The notes: generated by a model from the letters alone, not told the origin. A DNA stretch of 38,045 nt from Dehalococcoidia bacterium (GCA_016932645.1 JAFGCL010000077.1:1-38045); one strand, 5' to 3'. Shown: positions 8,645 through 20,217, counted from the first letter of the stretch. A program made the numbers and translations.

Positions 8645-9970
8645 ATGGATCTCTTTGAACATCAGCGCCAACGCCTTATGAACCGGGAAGCGCCTCTCGC
8701 GGCCAGGATGCGCCCGAGTACTCTGGCTGATTTTGTGGGGCAAGAGCACCTGGTGGGCGAGGGACGGGTGCTACGGAAGAGCATTGAGGCAGACCAGCTG
8801 TCCTCCATGATACTGTGGGGGCCGCCGGGCAGCGGCAAGACCACGCTGGCCAACGTCATCGCCACCATCACCAAGTCCCACTTCAGTCCCGTATCCGCAG
8901 TCAGTTCGGGGGTGGCCGACCTGCGCCGGGTGGTGGAGGAAGCTAAGAACAGGCGCGGGATGCAACAACAAAGAACGGTCCTTTTCATCGATGAGATCCA
9001 TCGCTTCAACAAGGCGCAGCAGGACGCCATATTGCCTTATGTCGAGGACGGCACCATAACCCTGATCGGGGCCACTACGGAGAATCCGTCTTTTGAGGTC
9101 ATCGCCCCTTTGCTCTCTCGCTGTCGCGTCTTCACTCTGAAAGCTCTGACCGGTGAGCAGGTGGGCGTCCTGGTCAAACGTGCGCTTGAAGACTCGGAGA
9201 CGGGCTTGGCCCGGCTGGATCTGGAAGTGGATCAAGATGCCCTGAAGCACCTGGTGGCCATGGCCAATGGTGATGCGCGGGTAGCGTTGAACGCCTTGGA
9301 ACTCGCTGCCATGACTACCAAGCCCGGTGCGGAAGGCAAAAGGACGATTTCGCTGGCGACGATTGAAGATGCCCTGCAGCATCGGGCTTTGCTCTACGAC
9401 AGAGCGGGCGAGGAGCACTACAACCAGATATCGGCGCTGCACAAGTCACTAAGGGGCTCGGATCCGGACGCGGCCTTGTACTGGCTAGGCCGGATGCTAG
9501 AGGCGGGAGAAGACCCCTTGTACATCGTCCGGAGGCTGATACGTTTTGCCTCCGAAGACGTAGGGATGGCGGACCCACAGGCACTGACGGTGGCTGTCGC
9601 GGCGCAGCAGGCGGTGCATTTCGTGGGCATGCCGGAGGGGAATCTGGCTTTGGCCGAAGCGGTGGTCTATCTAGCCACTGCTCCCAAGAGCAACTCGCTG
9701 TACCGAGCCTATTCGGAAGTGCAGGGAGATATCAGAAAGACCGGACACCAGCCGGTGCCGCTGCACCTGCGCAATCCGGAGACTACGTTGATGAAAGACG
9801 TGGGCTATGGCAAGGGGTACAAGTATGCCCATGACTACGAAGGGCACTTTGTGGAGCAGCAGAACATGCCGGACGCTTTGAAAGACAGACAATACTACCA
9901 TCCTGCTGATCAGGGCTACGAAAAGGACATCAAAGCCCGAATCAAGGAGTGGTGGAAGGGGAAGAAGTAG
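8645..9970 (+). CDS. rarA: Replication-associated recombination protein A (MgsA/RarA AAA+ ATPase)
   Basis: PLAARMRP, GPPGSGKTT, FIDEIHRFNKAQQD, SALHKSLRGSDPDAA, VPLHLRN, GYGKGYKYAHD. Confidence 0.97.
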   Translation: MDLFEHQRQRLMNREAPLAARMRPSTLADFVGQEHLVGEGRVLRKSIEADQLSSMILWGPPGSGKTTLANVIATITKSHFSPVSAVSSGVADLRRVVEEAKNRRGMQQQRTVLFIDEIHRFNKAQQDAILPYVEDGTITLIGATTENPSFEVIAPLLSRCRVFTLKALTGEQVGVLVKRALEDSETGLARLDLEVDQDALKHLVAMANGDARVALNALELAAMTTKPGAEGKRTISLATIEDALQHRALLYDRAGEEHYNQISALHKSLRGSDPDAALYWLGRMLEAGEDPLYIVRRLIRFASEDVGMADPQALTVAVAAQQAVHFVGMPEGNLALAEAVVYLATAPKSNSLYRAYSEVQGDIRKTGHQPVPLHLRNPETTLMKDVGYGKGYKYAHDYEGHFVEQQNMPDALKDRQYYHPADQGYEKDIKARIKEWWKGKK

Positions 9971-9984
9971 TCTGAGGGAATGAC

Positions 9985-10899
9985 GTGGAGAGACGTGTTC
10001 TGATCACCGGCGGGAGCGGCCTCATCGGACGGGCGTTGAGTGCGAATATGGCGGCTGACGGCTATGGCGTAGTGGTGGTGAGCCGCAACCCGGAGCGGGT
10101 CACCGGGCTGCCGGCCAACGTTCGCGTTGAGCGGTGGGATGGCCGGACGACCGAGGGATGGGGCACGCTGGTCAATGGGGCCTACGCGGTGGTCAATTTG
10201 GCTGGGGAGGGGATAGCCAACGGCCGGTGGACTGCAGAGCGCAAACAGCGCATAAGAGACAGCCGACTCAACGCCGGTCAGGCCGTGGTCGAAGCAGTGG
10301 AACTTGCCATGGAGAGGCCACGGGTCTTGTTGCAGGCTTCCGGCGTGGGTTTCTATGGGAATCTCCTGGAAGGAAGCGCTTCGGAGAGCAGGCATGCAGG
10401 TCAGGATTCCCTGGCGCGTCTGGCCGTGGAATGGGAGGCCTCCACGCGCCGGGTGGAAGCCATGGGTGTGCGGAGGGTTGTATTGCGGACGGGGGTCGTG
10501 CTCAGCAGGAATGGTGGCGCACTGCCGCGGATAATGTTGCCTTTTCGGTTCTTCGTCGGTGGCCCTGTCGGAAGCGGCAGGCAATGGATGTCTTGGATAC
10601 ATATTGAGGACGAGGTCGGGGCGATTCGGTTTCTGGTTGAGAATGAGAAGGCCAAAGGCGCCTTCAACCTGAGTGCCCCGAAACCGGTGACGAACGCCGA
10701 TTTCAGCCGGTCACTGGGGCGGCAACTCGGTCGTCCGGCGATCGTGCCAACACCGGAGTTCTTGTTGCGGCTGGTGTACGGTGAAATGGCGGATGTGTTG
10801 CTCCACGGCCAGAGGGTTCTCCCGCGGCGGCTGACGCACATGGGTTATGGCTTCCGGTTTTCTGAGATCGACGCAGCGCTGGAGGATATCCTATCGTGA
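9985..10899 (+). CDS. TIGR01777/YfcH family NAD-dependent epimerase-like oxidoreductase
   Basis: ITGGSGLIG Rossmann motif, VVNLAGE, RW...K..IRDSR, GGPVGSGRQWMSWIHIED. Confidence 0.9.
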   Translation: MERRVLITGGSGLIGRALSANMAADGYGVVVVSRNPERVTGLPANVRVERWDGRTTEGWGTLVNGAYAVVNLAGEGIANGRWTAERKQRIRDSRLNAGQAVVEAVELAMERPRVLLQASGVGFYGNLLEGSASESRHAGQDSLARLAVEWEASTRRVEAMGVRRVVLRTGVVLSRNGGALPRIMLPFRFFVGGPVGSGRQWMSWIHIEDEVGAIRFLVENEKAKGAFNLSAPKPVTNADFSRSLGRQLGRPAIVPTPEFLLRLVYGEMADVLLHGQRVLPRRLTHMGYGFRFSEIDAALEDILS

Positions 10900-11000
10900 G
10901 GTGTGGGGACTGCTGTAAAGCACCCTGATGTCGGTGGCGTTTTACGTGGGCAGAGTTGTTCAGCCCTACCTATTTCACGGAGGGAGATTCGAGCAGAGAC

Positions 11001-11669
11001 ATGGTTGAGAGTGGAAAGACAACACAGGATCACGTGAGATTCCCCGCATCCGGGATTGTACTGGAAGGGATATTTGAGAGACCGAGAGGAGAGAATCCGT
11101 TTCCGTCAGTAGTAGTTTGCCACCCGCATCCCCTCTACGGCGGGGATATGTACAACAACGTCGTCTCCGTGATATGTCAGGCCCTGGGCCAGGGTTCTGT
11201 CGCCACCTTGAGGTTCAACTTCCGCGGGGTTGGCCGAAGCGAGGGGGAGCATGGGGAGGGGATTGGGGAGCAGGATGATGTCAGAGCAGCGCTGGACTTT
11301 CTCGAATCTCGGGCTGATGTTGACAAAGGCCGGATCGGGGTGGCTGGCTACTCATTTGGAACCAGAGTGGTCATGCCCGTGGCGCTGCGGGATTCCAGGG
11401 TTCGGGCGGTAGCTTTGGTTTCGCCGTTCCTCGCTGATGCGGACTGGCAGAGTCTGAAGACGTACAGCATTCCTAAGCTGTTCATCTGCGGCGGGGAGGA
11501 CAACATCATATCGCCGCACAAGGTGAAGCGTCTGGCTGGAGAAGCCGCTGCTCCCAGCGAATGCGAAGTGGTTTTTGGGGCGGACCATTTCTGGTGGGGA
11601 TTCGAGGGCAAGATCGGCCGGAAGGTGTCGGACTTCTTCAGGAGCGCGTTCTTCGGGCAGGCGTCCTAG
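11001..11669 (+). CDS. Alpha/beta-fold hydrolase
   Basis: CHPHPLYGGDMYN, LRFNFRGVGRSEG, GYSFG nucleophile elbow, GADHF; start uncertain. Confidence 0.88.
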   Translation: MVESGKTTQDHVRFPASGIVLEGIFERPRGENPFPSVVVCHPHPLYGGDMYNNVVSVICQALGQGSVATLRFNFRGVGRSEGEHGEGIGEQDDVRAALDFLESRADVDKGRIGVAGYSFGTRVVMPVALRDSRVRAVALVSPFLADADWQSLKTYSIPKLFICGGEDNIISPHKVKRLAGEAAAPSECEVVFGADHFWWGFEGKIGRKVSDFFRSAFFGQAS

Positions 11670-11861
11670 GGAAGCAGCGCAATCGGCGTCAATCTGACCT
11701 ATGGCTTGGTGGCATCCAGTCACCAGGGTGCACAGGGGGGAACATGCAGCACCCACAAGCTGCCCAGGGCTCTCCTGGTTCCTCATGGCGCAGGAATGGC
11801 GCACGACAAGCAGGGAGAGTTATCATCTAGGGTAGACGATAGCAGCATGAAAAGGAGCCAG

Positions 11862-13826
11862 ATGTCCCTGAAAGCCAGAGAAGCCCAATCAGAGAACGGA
11901 CCAGAAGAACGGAAGCTCAAGCGGCTGTTTACTCCGGTCAAGATCGGGAACCTGGAGTTGAAGAACCGGATCATCATGCCACCCATGATCGAACGGCTGG
12001 CCACGAATGGCGCTCCGAACGACGCGGTGAAGGACTTCTACTCCGCCAGGGCGAGAGGCGGTCTGGCGCTAATCGTACTCACGCCCGGCATTGTCGACAT
12101 AAGCATGGCTTCGCCGATTCAGCTAGGCATCTACGATGACAGTTTCATTCCCGGACTGAGACAGTTCACCGACCTGATCCATTCCTGCGGGGCCCACATG
12201 GGCATCCAATTGATGCACCTGGGGCGCCAGAGCGGCGAGATTCAGGGCTACAAGCCGGTGGGCCCCTCGCCGATACCCGTCACGCCGAGGGATGAAGTGC
12301 CGCGTGAGCTGACCACCGGCGAAGTCGACGGGCTGGTGGAGGAGTTCGCCGAAGCCGCCCGGAGGGCCAGAGACGCCGGCTTCGACATGGTTGAGCTTCA
12401 TGGTTGCCATGGTTACCTCCTGAGCAGCTTCCTGTCACCCCTCACCAACAAGCGCAGCGACAAGTACGGCGGCAGCGTGGCGAAGAGGGCCCGGTTCGTG
12501 GTGGAGATTGTGAAGCTGATCAAGGAAAAAGTGGGACAGGACTTCCCCGTCAGCGTCCGGATGAACGGCTCGGACTACATGCCGGGTGGAACGACGGTGG
12601 ACATGGCGCGGCAGACAGCGAAGCTGCTGGAGGAGGCCGGCGCCGACATGATCGGGGTGTCTGGCGGCGCCTACGGTTCGTACCCGGTCATTGTTCCTCC
12701 GTATGACCAACCGCGCGGCTGCAATGTGCCTCTGGCCGCGGCTGTCAAGGAAGTGGTCAAGGTGCCGGTAGCGGTAGCCGGCCGCCTGGATGACCCGTTC
12801 GTAGCTGACGAGGTGCTGCTGTCCGGGAAGGCTGATGTGATAGCGATGGCCAGAGGACTTCTGGCCGATCCGGAGCTGCCGAACAAAGCCGCACGGGGCG
12901 ACTTTAAAGGGATCCGCCGGTGCATCGCCTGCAACGTTTGCATAGACGGTGATCCGACCCCGGTGTCGCCGATCACCTGCACGGTGAACCCGGAAGCCGG
13001 CCGCGAGCGTGAGATGGTGATCACGCCCGCGCCGCTCCCGAAGAGAGTGGTGGTCATTGGCGGAGGATTGGCGGGCCTGGAGGCGGCCCGGGTGGCCGCC
13101 GCAAGAGGCCATCAGGTCACTCTATATGAAGAGAACGCAGAGCTTGGCGGGCAGTGGTTGCTGGCCTCGAAGCCGCCGCACAAGGAGGATCACCTGCTGC
13201 TCCTGGGTTATCTGGTAGAGCAACTGGACAGGCTGGGCGTGGAACGGAAGTACGGAGTGAGAGTCACTGCCGCCTTGGTGGAAGGGGCCCGACCTGATGT
13301 GGTGCTGGTGGCCACGGGAGCCAAGCCGATTGTGCCGCCGATTCCCGGTGTGGACCGGGGAGAAGTGGTCACGGCCTGGGACGTCCTGGGTGGGGGAAAG
13401 GTGGGGAGGCGGGTGCTGGTGGTGGGGGGTGGGCTGACAGGGCTGGAGACGGCGGAGTTCCTGGCTGAACAGGGGAAGGAAATCGTGCTGGTGGAGATGC
13501 TCAAACGAACCGGTGCCGACATGGGCGCCACTATCAGATGGCATCTCATGAACCGGACCAAGAACCTCAACATCAAGACCTTCGTGTCTACTCAAATCAA
13601 GGAGGTTCTGCCCAAAGGCGTCGTGGTCGTGTCGCGAAATGGCGTCGAAGAGACTTGGGATGCTTTTGACACAATAGTGCTGGCTTGCGGGGTCAGGCCG
13701 AAAGATGAGCTGTCGAAGCAGATCGAGGGGAATGTGAAGGAAGTCCACGTGGTTGGCGACGCGGCCAAAGCCCAGCGAGGCTTGGAGGCCATCCGGAGCG
13801 GGAGTGAGATCGGACGCAAGATATAG
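11862..13826 (+). CDS. NADH:flavin oxidoreductase, Old Yellow Enzyme barrel + [4Fe-4S] + FAD/NAD domains (FadH/BaiCD-like)
   Basis: LKNRIIMPPM, ELHGCHGYLLSSFLSP, CIACNVC...CTVNP, VIGGGLAG, VVGGGLTG; AAGGAG before ATG 11862. Confidence 0.92.
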   Translation: MSLKAREAQSENGPEERKLKRLFTPVKIGNLELKNRIIMPPMIERLATNGAPNDAVKDFYSARARGGLALIVLTPGIVDISMASPIQLGIYDDSFIPGLRQFTDLIHSCGAHMGIQLMHLGRQSGEIQGYKPVGPSPIPVTPRDEVPRELTTGEVDGLVEEFAEAARRARDAGFDMVELHGCHGYLLSSFLSPLTNKRSDKYGGSVAKRARFVVEIVKLIKEKVGQDFPVSVRMNGSDYMPGGTTVDMARQTAKLLEEAGADMIGVSGGAYGSYPVIVPPYDQPRGCNVPLAAAVKEVVKVPVAVAGRLDDPFVADEVLLSGKADVIAMARGLLADPELPNKAARGDFKGIRRCIACNVCIDGDPTPVSPITCTVNPEAGREREMVITPAPLPKRVVVIGGGLAGLEAARVAAARGHQVTLYEENAELGGQWLLASKPPHKEDHLLLLGYLVEQLDRLGVERKYGVRVTAALVEGARPDVVLVATGAKPIVPPIPGVDRGEVVTAWDVLGGGKVGRRVLVVGGGLTGLETAEFLAEQGKEIVLVEMLKRTGADMGATIRWHLMNRTKNLNIKTFVSTQIKEVLPKGVVVVSRNGVEETWDAFDTIVLACGVRPKDELSKQIEGNVKEVHVVGDAAKAQRGLEAIRSGSEIGRKI

Positions 13827-13875
13827 ACAAGCGGCTTGGTATCGTGCATAATGTGAAGCGGATTGTGAAGGAAAA

Positions 13876-15827
<1,952 letters not shown>

Positions 15828-16081
15828 TCCTGAGTTGGGGAGGACTGCCACCCCTCAGCCAGTCAAACCAACCCACGAACGATTCTGGCGGATTCCACAA
15901 TCTGGGAATCCCCCTCTGCCAAAGGGATCCCAGTCATGTTCGATCCGAACGATGACCTGCGTCCAGGCGCTAGCCAGCCGATCCAAGGGCTGGCACGTTA
16001 CTCTCTCCTGACCTATAATCACCTTCACGACGGGTGTTTCTCCTGGTAGCTGTGGGGGCCTGTCGGGCGAGGGGAAGCAGG

Positions 16082-16894
16082 ATGGCATCCGAGAAAGACA
16101 AGCTTGCCAAACTGATGGAGACGCTGTCAGGCCTGGAGAGCGTGGTCGTAGCTTTTTCCGGCGGTGCAGACAGTGCGTTGCTTCTGAAGATGTGCCGTGA
16201 TGTGCTGGGTGAGAGGGTGCTGGCAGTGACGGCGGACTCCCCCATCCATTCGGCGCATGAGGTGGAGGACGCTGGAAAGATGGCCGAATCGTTGCGAGTG
16301 AAGCACATTGTGGTTCATACCGCGGAACTGCAGGATTCTCGTTTCACTGCCAACTCGCCTGACCGGTGCTATCACTGCAAGATGGGGCTGTTCCAGGCGC
16401 TGAAGGAGATTGCGGCGGACAATGGGGTGTCAAACATCGTTGAGGGATCGAATGCCGATGACCTGGGAGACTACCGGCCCGGGGCTCGGGCTGCCGGCGA
16501 GATGGGCGTGCAGCAGCCGCTTCAGGAGGCGGGGCTGACCAGGGCCGAGATAAGGGCCATCTCGAAGGATCTGGGACTACCGACCTGGAACAGGCCCTCC
16601 GAAGCCTGCCTGGTCTCGCGGGTTCCCTACGGCAGCCCGATAACGCCGGAGGCTCTGGCGCTGATCGATGCGGCGGAGACCTTCATCCGGAGCCTGGGGA
16701 TTGTTCAGGTGCGCGTTCGGCACTATGGGCAGACAGCCAGAATAGAAGTGATGCCTGAGGAGGTAGAGAAACTGGCGCGCGAAACCAACCGGCTGCGTGT
16801 GGTCAATCAATTGAGGGGATTGGGCTACATATATGTTACACTCGACCTCGCCGGCTACCGGACGGGTAGTCTGAACGAAGGGGTACCATTGTGA
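16082..16894 (+). CDS. larE: ATP-dependent sulfur transferase LarE (nickel-pincer cofactor synthesis)
   Basis: PP-loop AFSGGADS, RCYHCK, DYRPG, CLVSRVPYG, VRVRH, TLDLAGYRTGSLN; overlaps larB by GTGA. Confidence 0.92.
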   Translation: MASEKDKLAKLMETLSGLESVVVAFSGGADSALLLKMCRDVLGERVLAVTADSPIHSAHEVEDAGKMAESLRVKHIVVHTAELQDSRFTANSPDRCYHCKMGLFQALKEIAADNGVSNIVEGSNADDLGDYRPGARAAGEMGVQQPLQEAGLTRAEIRAISKDLGLPTWNRPSEACLVSRVPYGSPITPEALALIDAAETFIRSLGIVQVRVRHYGQTARIEVMPEEVEKLARETNRLRVVNQLRGLGYIYVTLDLAGYRTGSLNEGVPL

Positions 16895-17652
16895 ATTCAG
16901 AGCACTTGCGCCAGTTACTAGAGAAGGTGAAGTCGGGCGACATTGGCGTAGGGGAGGCGCTGGACCAACTAAAGTTCATGCCGTACGAGGACATCGGTTT
17001 TGCCAAGCTGGACCATCACCGTCTGCTCAGGAGGGGCTTCGCAGAGGTCATTCTGTGCAAGGGCAAGACGCCGGACCAGGTAGCTGGCATCGTCAAGCGG
17101 ATGGCTTTGTCTGCAGGTACCACCTTGGCCACCAAAGCCAGCCCGGGGGTTTTCGATGCTGTGCGGCAGGTGGCGCCGGGCGCCCGCTATCATCAGTTGG
17201 CCGGCCTGATTGTCATCGGAGATGCCCCGCCAGCGGCGGCGGAGGGATACATCTTGATCGTCACAGCAGGCACGGGTGACATCCAGGTAGCCGAAGAGGC
17301 CGCGATCACAGCGGAGACCATGGGAAGCCGGGTGGAGAGAGCCTACGACGTCGGGGTGGCCGGCCTGCATCGCTTGCTGGACTGCAAGGACAAGCTGCTG
17401 GGAGCCAATGTAGTCGTGGCTGTGGCCGGGATGGAGGGGGCCCTGGCCAGCGTGGTCTCGGGCATGGTGGATACGCCGGTCATTGCGGTGCCGACCAGTG
17501 TGGGGTATGGCGCCAGTTTCGAGGGGTTGGCCGCTCTTCTGGGCATGCTGAACTCGTGCTCACCCGGCGTGGCTGTGGTCAACATCGACAATGGCTTCGG
17601 GGCTGGATATCTGGCCAGCATGATAAACCGGAGAAGCGGGGTGAAACGTTGA
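16891..17652 (+). CDS. larB: Nickel-pincer cofactor biosynthesis carboxylase/hydrolase LarB
   Basis: AKLDHHR, TAGTGD, DVGVAGLHRL, AGMEGAL, PVIAVPTSVGYG, MLNSC, VVNIDNGFGAG. Confidence 0.95.
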   Translation: MNSEHLRQLLEKVKSGDIGVGEALDQLKFMPYEDIGFAKLDHHRLLRRGFAEVILCKGKTPDQVAGIVKRMALSAGTTLATKASPGVFDAVRQVAPGARYHQLAGLIVIGDAPPAAAEGYILIVTAGTGDIQVAEEAAITAETMGSRVERAYDVGVAGLHRLLDCKDKLLGANVVVAVAGMEGALASVVSGMVDTPVIAVPTSVGYGASFEGLAALLGMLNSCSPGVAVVNIDNGFGAGYLASMINRRSGVKR

Positions 17653-18839
17653 GGATCGCCTATCTCGACTGCTTCTCCGGCATCAGTGGGAACATGGTCC
17701 TGGGGGCTTTGGTGGACTTGGGGCTGGATTTGGAGAAGGCGCGCGCGGAGCTGGGCAAGCTACCGTTGAGCGGATATGGGATAGAGGTCAGCAAGGTGAC
17801 CAAGCGAGGGATCAGGGCTACATACTTGGATGTCGTCACGGCGCACCCGGATACACCCCGGATGCTCAAGGACATCATAAGCCTGATTGACCGGAGCCGG
17901 CTTGATGAGGGCTTGAAGAGGCATGGTAGAGAGGTATTCGTGCGGTTGGCCGAGGCAGAGGCGAGAGTGCATGACTTGGACATGGAAGCGGTGCACCTCC
18001 ATGAGGTCGGAGCCATCGATACGCTGGTTGACGTATTCGGCACTCTCATAGGGATGAAGGTGCTTGGTATCGAAGAGGTCCGCTGTTCCCCGCTCAATCT
18101 CGGCAGCGGGCTGGCGCAATGCAGCCATGGCTGGTTGCCCGTCCCCGCGCCGATCACCGTGGAGTTGCTGCGCGGCGTGCCGGCTTACACCGGTGAAGCG
18201 AAGGGGGAGTTGACCACACCTACCGGCGCGGCGATCGCCACCGGAATAGCTGCCGGGTTCGGCGACATGCCGCTGATGAGAGTCGAGGGCGTGGGCTATG
18301 GCGCTGGAAAGATGGACCCGGAGGTTCCGAACCTCCTGCGGATTCTTGTGGGCGAGCGTGTTGGGACTGCCAGCGCTCTCTCTACGGAGCGGGTCACGGT
18401 CATAGAGACCAATATCGACGACATGAATCCCCAGTTCTACGACCACATCATGGAGGGCCTGCTGCGGGCTGGCGCTCTGGACGTGTTCTTGACGCCGGTG
18501 CAGATGAAGAAGAACCGCCCCGGGGTGCTTCTCTCGGCTATCGGCCGGAGCGAGAGCACACAGAGCATCGTCGATGTCATGGTGAGAGAAAGCACTACTT
18601 TGGGTGTGAGGATCAGCGAGACGCTGCGTGTCTCTCTTCCGCGCTCCGCCGGTCTGGTCGATACCAGGTTTGGCCAGATCAGGATAAAAGTGGCCCGGAG
18701 AGACGATGGGTCAAGTACTATGAAACCGGAGTATGATGACTGCAAGAAGGCGGCCAGAGAGCACAACGTGTCCCTGGGCTCGGTCTACTCCGAAGTGCAG
18801 AAAGCCTGGGGAGAGTCCGGCGGCACAGGCACGCTTTGA
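17649..18839 (+). CDS. larC: Nickel insertase LarC
   Basis: YLDCFSGISGNM, HLHEVGAID, HGWLPVPAP, ELTTPTGAA, ETNIDDMNP, QMKKNRPG, ESTTLGVR, KPEYDD; TTG start overlaps the larB stop (TTGA). Confidence 0.93.
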   Translation: MRIAYLDCFSGISGNMVLGALVDLGLDLEKARAELGKLPLSGYGIEVSKVTKRGIRATYLDVVTAHPDTPRMLKDIISLIDRSRLDEGLKRHGREVFVRLAEAEARVHDLDMEAVHLHEVGAIDTLVDVFGTLIGMKVLGIEEVRCSPLNLGSGLAQCSHGWLPVPAPITVELLRGVPAYTGEAKGELTTPTGAAIATGIAAGFGDMPLMRVEGVGYGAGKMDPEVPNLLRILVGERVGTASALSTERVTVIETNIDDMNPQFYDHIMEGLLRAGALDVFLTPVQMKKNRPGVLLSAIGRSESTQSIVDVMVRESTTLGVRISETLRVSLPRSAGLVDTRFGQIRIKVARRDDGSSTMKPEYDDCKKAAREHNVSLGSVYSEVQKAWGESGGTGTL

Positions 18840-19008
18840 TACTCTGCTGGTGGGTGCACGATTGCCCCGTCCAAGAAGTGTCAGATTCGAACTCCCAAAT
18901 CCTGAACCCCAGGGTGAGAATCCCAGCCTATTGCCGACAAGGTCCCCTCCCCGGTTTCAGGCATTGGGGCGTTTCTTGTATCCCCGAGACTCAGGGTCAG
19001 GGGTTTGA

Positions 19009-19017
19009 TGCTATCAT
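19009..19017 (+). promoter_or_regulatory. Putative extended -10 element for the DUF362 gene
   Basis: TG-C-TATCAT about 30 nt upstream of the ATG; AAGGAG Shine-Dalgarno present. Confidence 0.4.
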
Positions 19018-19045
19018 TGATCCAAGACTGAGCAAGGAGCAGTGA

Positions 19046-20134
19046 ATGTCCGAAGTCTTCTTTCTCGACTATTCAAAAGAAGTGGATGTTCTCCCGGGTA
19101 TTGAGGGGTTGTGCGCTCAATCAGGCATCCTCAAGGGCATATCCAAGGGAGACTCGGTGGCGGTCAAAGTACACATGGGGGAGTTGGGCAACGTCACCTA
19201 CATCCGGCCGGCATTCTTGCGGAAAGTGGTTGATCTGGTTAAGAAGCGCGGTGCCAAGCCGTTTGTCACGGATACGGTGACGCTCTACCCCGGAGCCAGA
19301 AGCAACAAGAAGAGGTATTTATCCACAGCGGCATACAACGGGTTCGTCAAAGAGAGCGTGGGAGCGCCTATTGTAATTGCCGACGGGGACGGCGATGAGG
19401 GTACGCCTGTGGCCTTGGAGGACGTCGTGGGACGATGCGACCTGAGAGAGGTGGAGGTAGCCAGCGGCATCTACGATGCCGACTTCCTGCTGGTGTTGTC
19501 TCATGTGAAGGGACACATGATCACCGGCTTCGGCGGGGCGGTGAAGAACCTGGGAATGGGCTGCGTGGCCAAACGATCCAAGAGAGAGCAGCATAGAGCG
19601 AACCCACCTCTGCTGGACGATTCCAAATGCGATGGATGCGAAGGCTGCCTGGAGGTGTGTCCGGTTGACGCCCTGTCGATGCGCGGTGGCAGGCCCCAAC
19701 GGGACCCGGAGAAATGCATCTACTGCGGTACATGCCTCTTTGCATGCAGCCGCAAGGCCCTTTACTGGGAGCGGAAGAACAAAGAACGGTTCCAGGTGTA
19801 TCTGGCTCATGCTGCTGCGGCGGTGGTGCGTGGATTTGGGCATAGAATCGGGTTCGTCAACTTCGTCCAGGACGTAACGCCACACTGCGACTGCGCCGCG
19901 CCTGCGGGCAGGGTGCTGTTTCCAGACATCGGCATTCTGGCTTCCACTGACCCGGTAGGTTTGGACAAGGCCTCGCTGGACCTGATAGACAGAGCTCGCA
20001 TGATTGGGGTCACAAAGCCCATATCCGGCCCGGACAAGCTGGGGAAGTGGCACCAGGTGGATAGCCTGGTGCAGCTCAGGACGGCGCAGGAATTGGGCAT
20101 GGGCAGCATGGACTACATTCTGTCAAACCTCTAG
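19046..20134 (+). CDS. DUF362 domain protein with inserted 2x[4Fe-4S] ferredoxin
   Basis: VAVKVHMGE, PFVTDT.TLY, SHVKGHMITGFGGAVKNLGMGC, CDGCEGCLEVCP, CIYCGTCLFAC, TPHCDC, DIGILASTDPV. Confidence 0.9.
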   Translation: MSEVFFLDYSKEVDVLPGIEGLCAQSGILKGISKGDSVAVKVHMGELGNVTYIRPAFLRKVVDLVKKRGAKPFVTDTVTLYPGARSNKKRYLSTAAYNGFVKESVGAPIVIADGDGDEGTPVALEDVVGRCDLREVEVASGIYDADFLLVLSHVKGHMITGFGGAVKNLGMGCVAKRSKREQHRANPPLLDDSKCDGCEGCLEVCPVDALSMRGGRPQRDPEKCIYCGTCLFACSRKALYWERKNKERFQVYLAHAAAAVVRGFGHRIGFVNFVQDVTPHCDCAAPAGRVLFPDIGILASTDPVGLDKASLDLIDRARMIGVTKPISGPDKLGKWHQVDSLVQLRTAQELGMGSMDYILSNL

Positions 20135-20187
20135 GCCGCGCTTTCTGAGGGTCGCCAGCCGATGTCCTTGCATGTACGCCCGCCTCG

Positions 20188-20216
20188 TTGACAGGAGTTG
20201 CTCTCAACACTAGTAT
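20188..20216 (+). promoter_or_regulatory. Sigma70-type promoter upstream of degV
   Basis: TTGACA (20188-20193), 17 nt, TAGTAT (20211-20216). Confidence 0.7.
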
Positions 20217-20217
20217 G

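Noticed and set aside
18882-18896. tRNA T-loop-like GGGAGTTCGAATCT on the minus strand
   Set aside because: T-stem does not pair fully and no acceptor, D or anticodon arms are apparent
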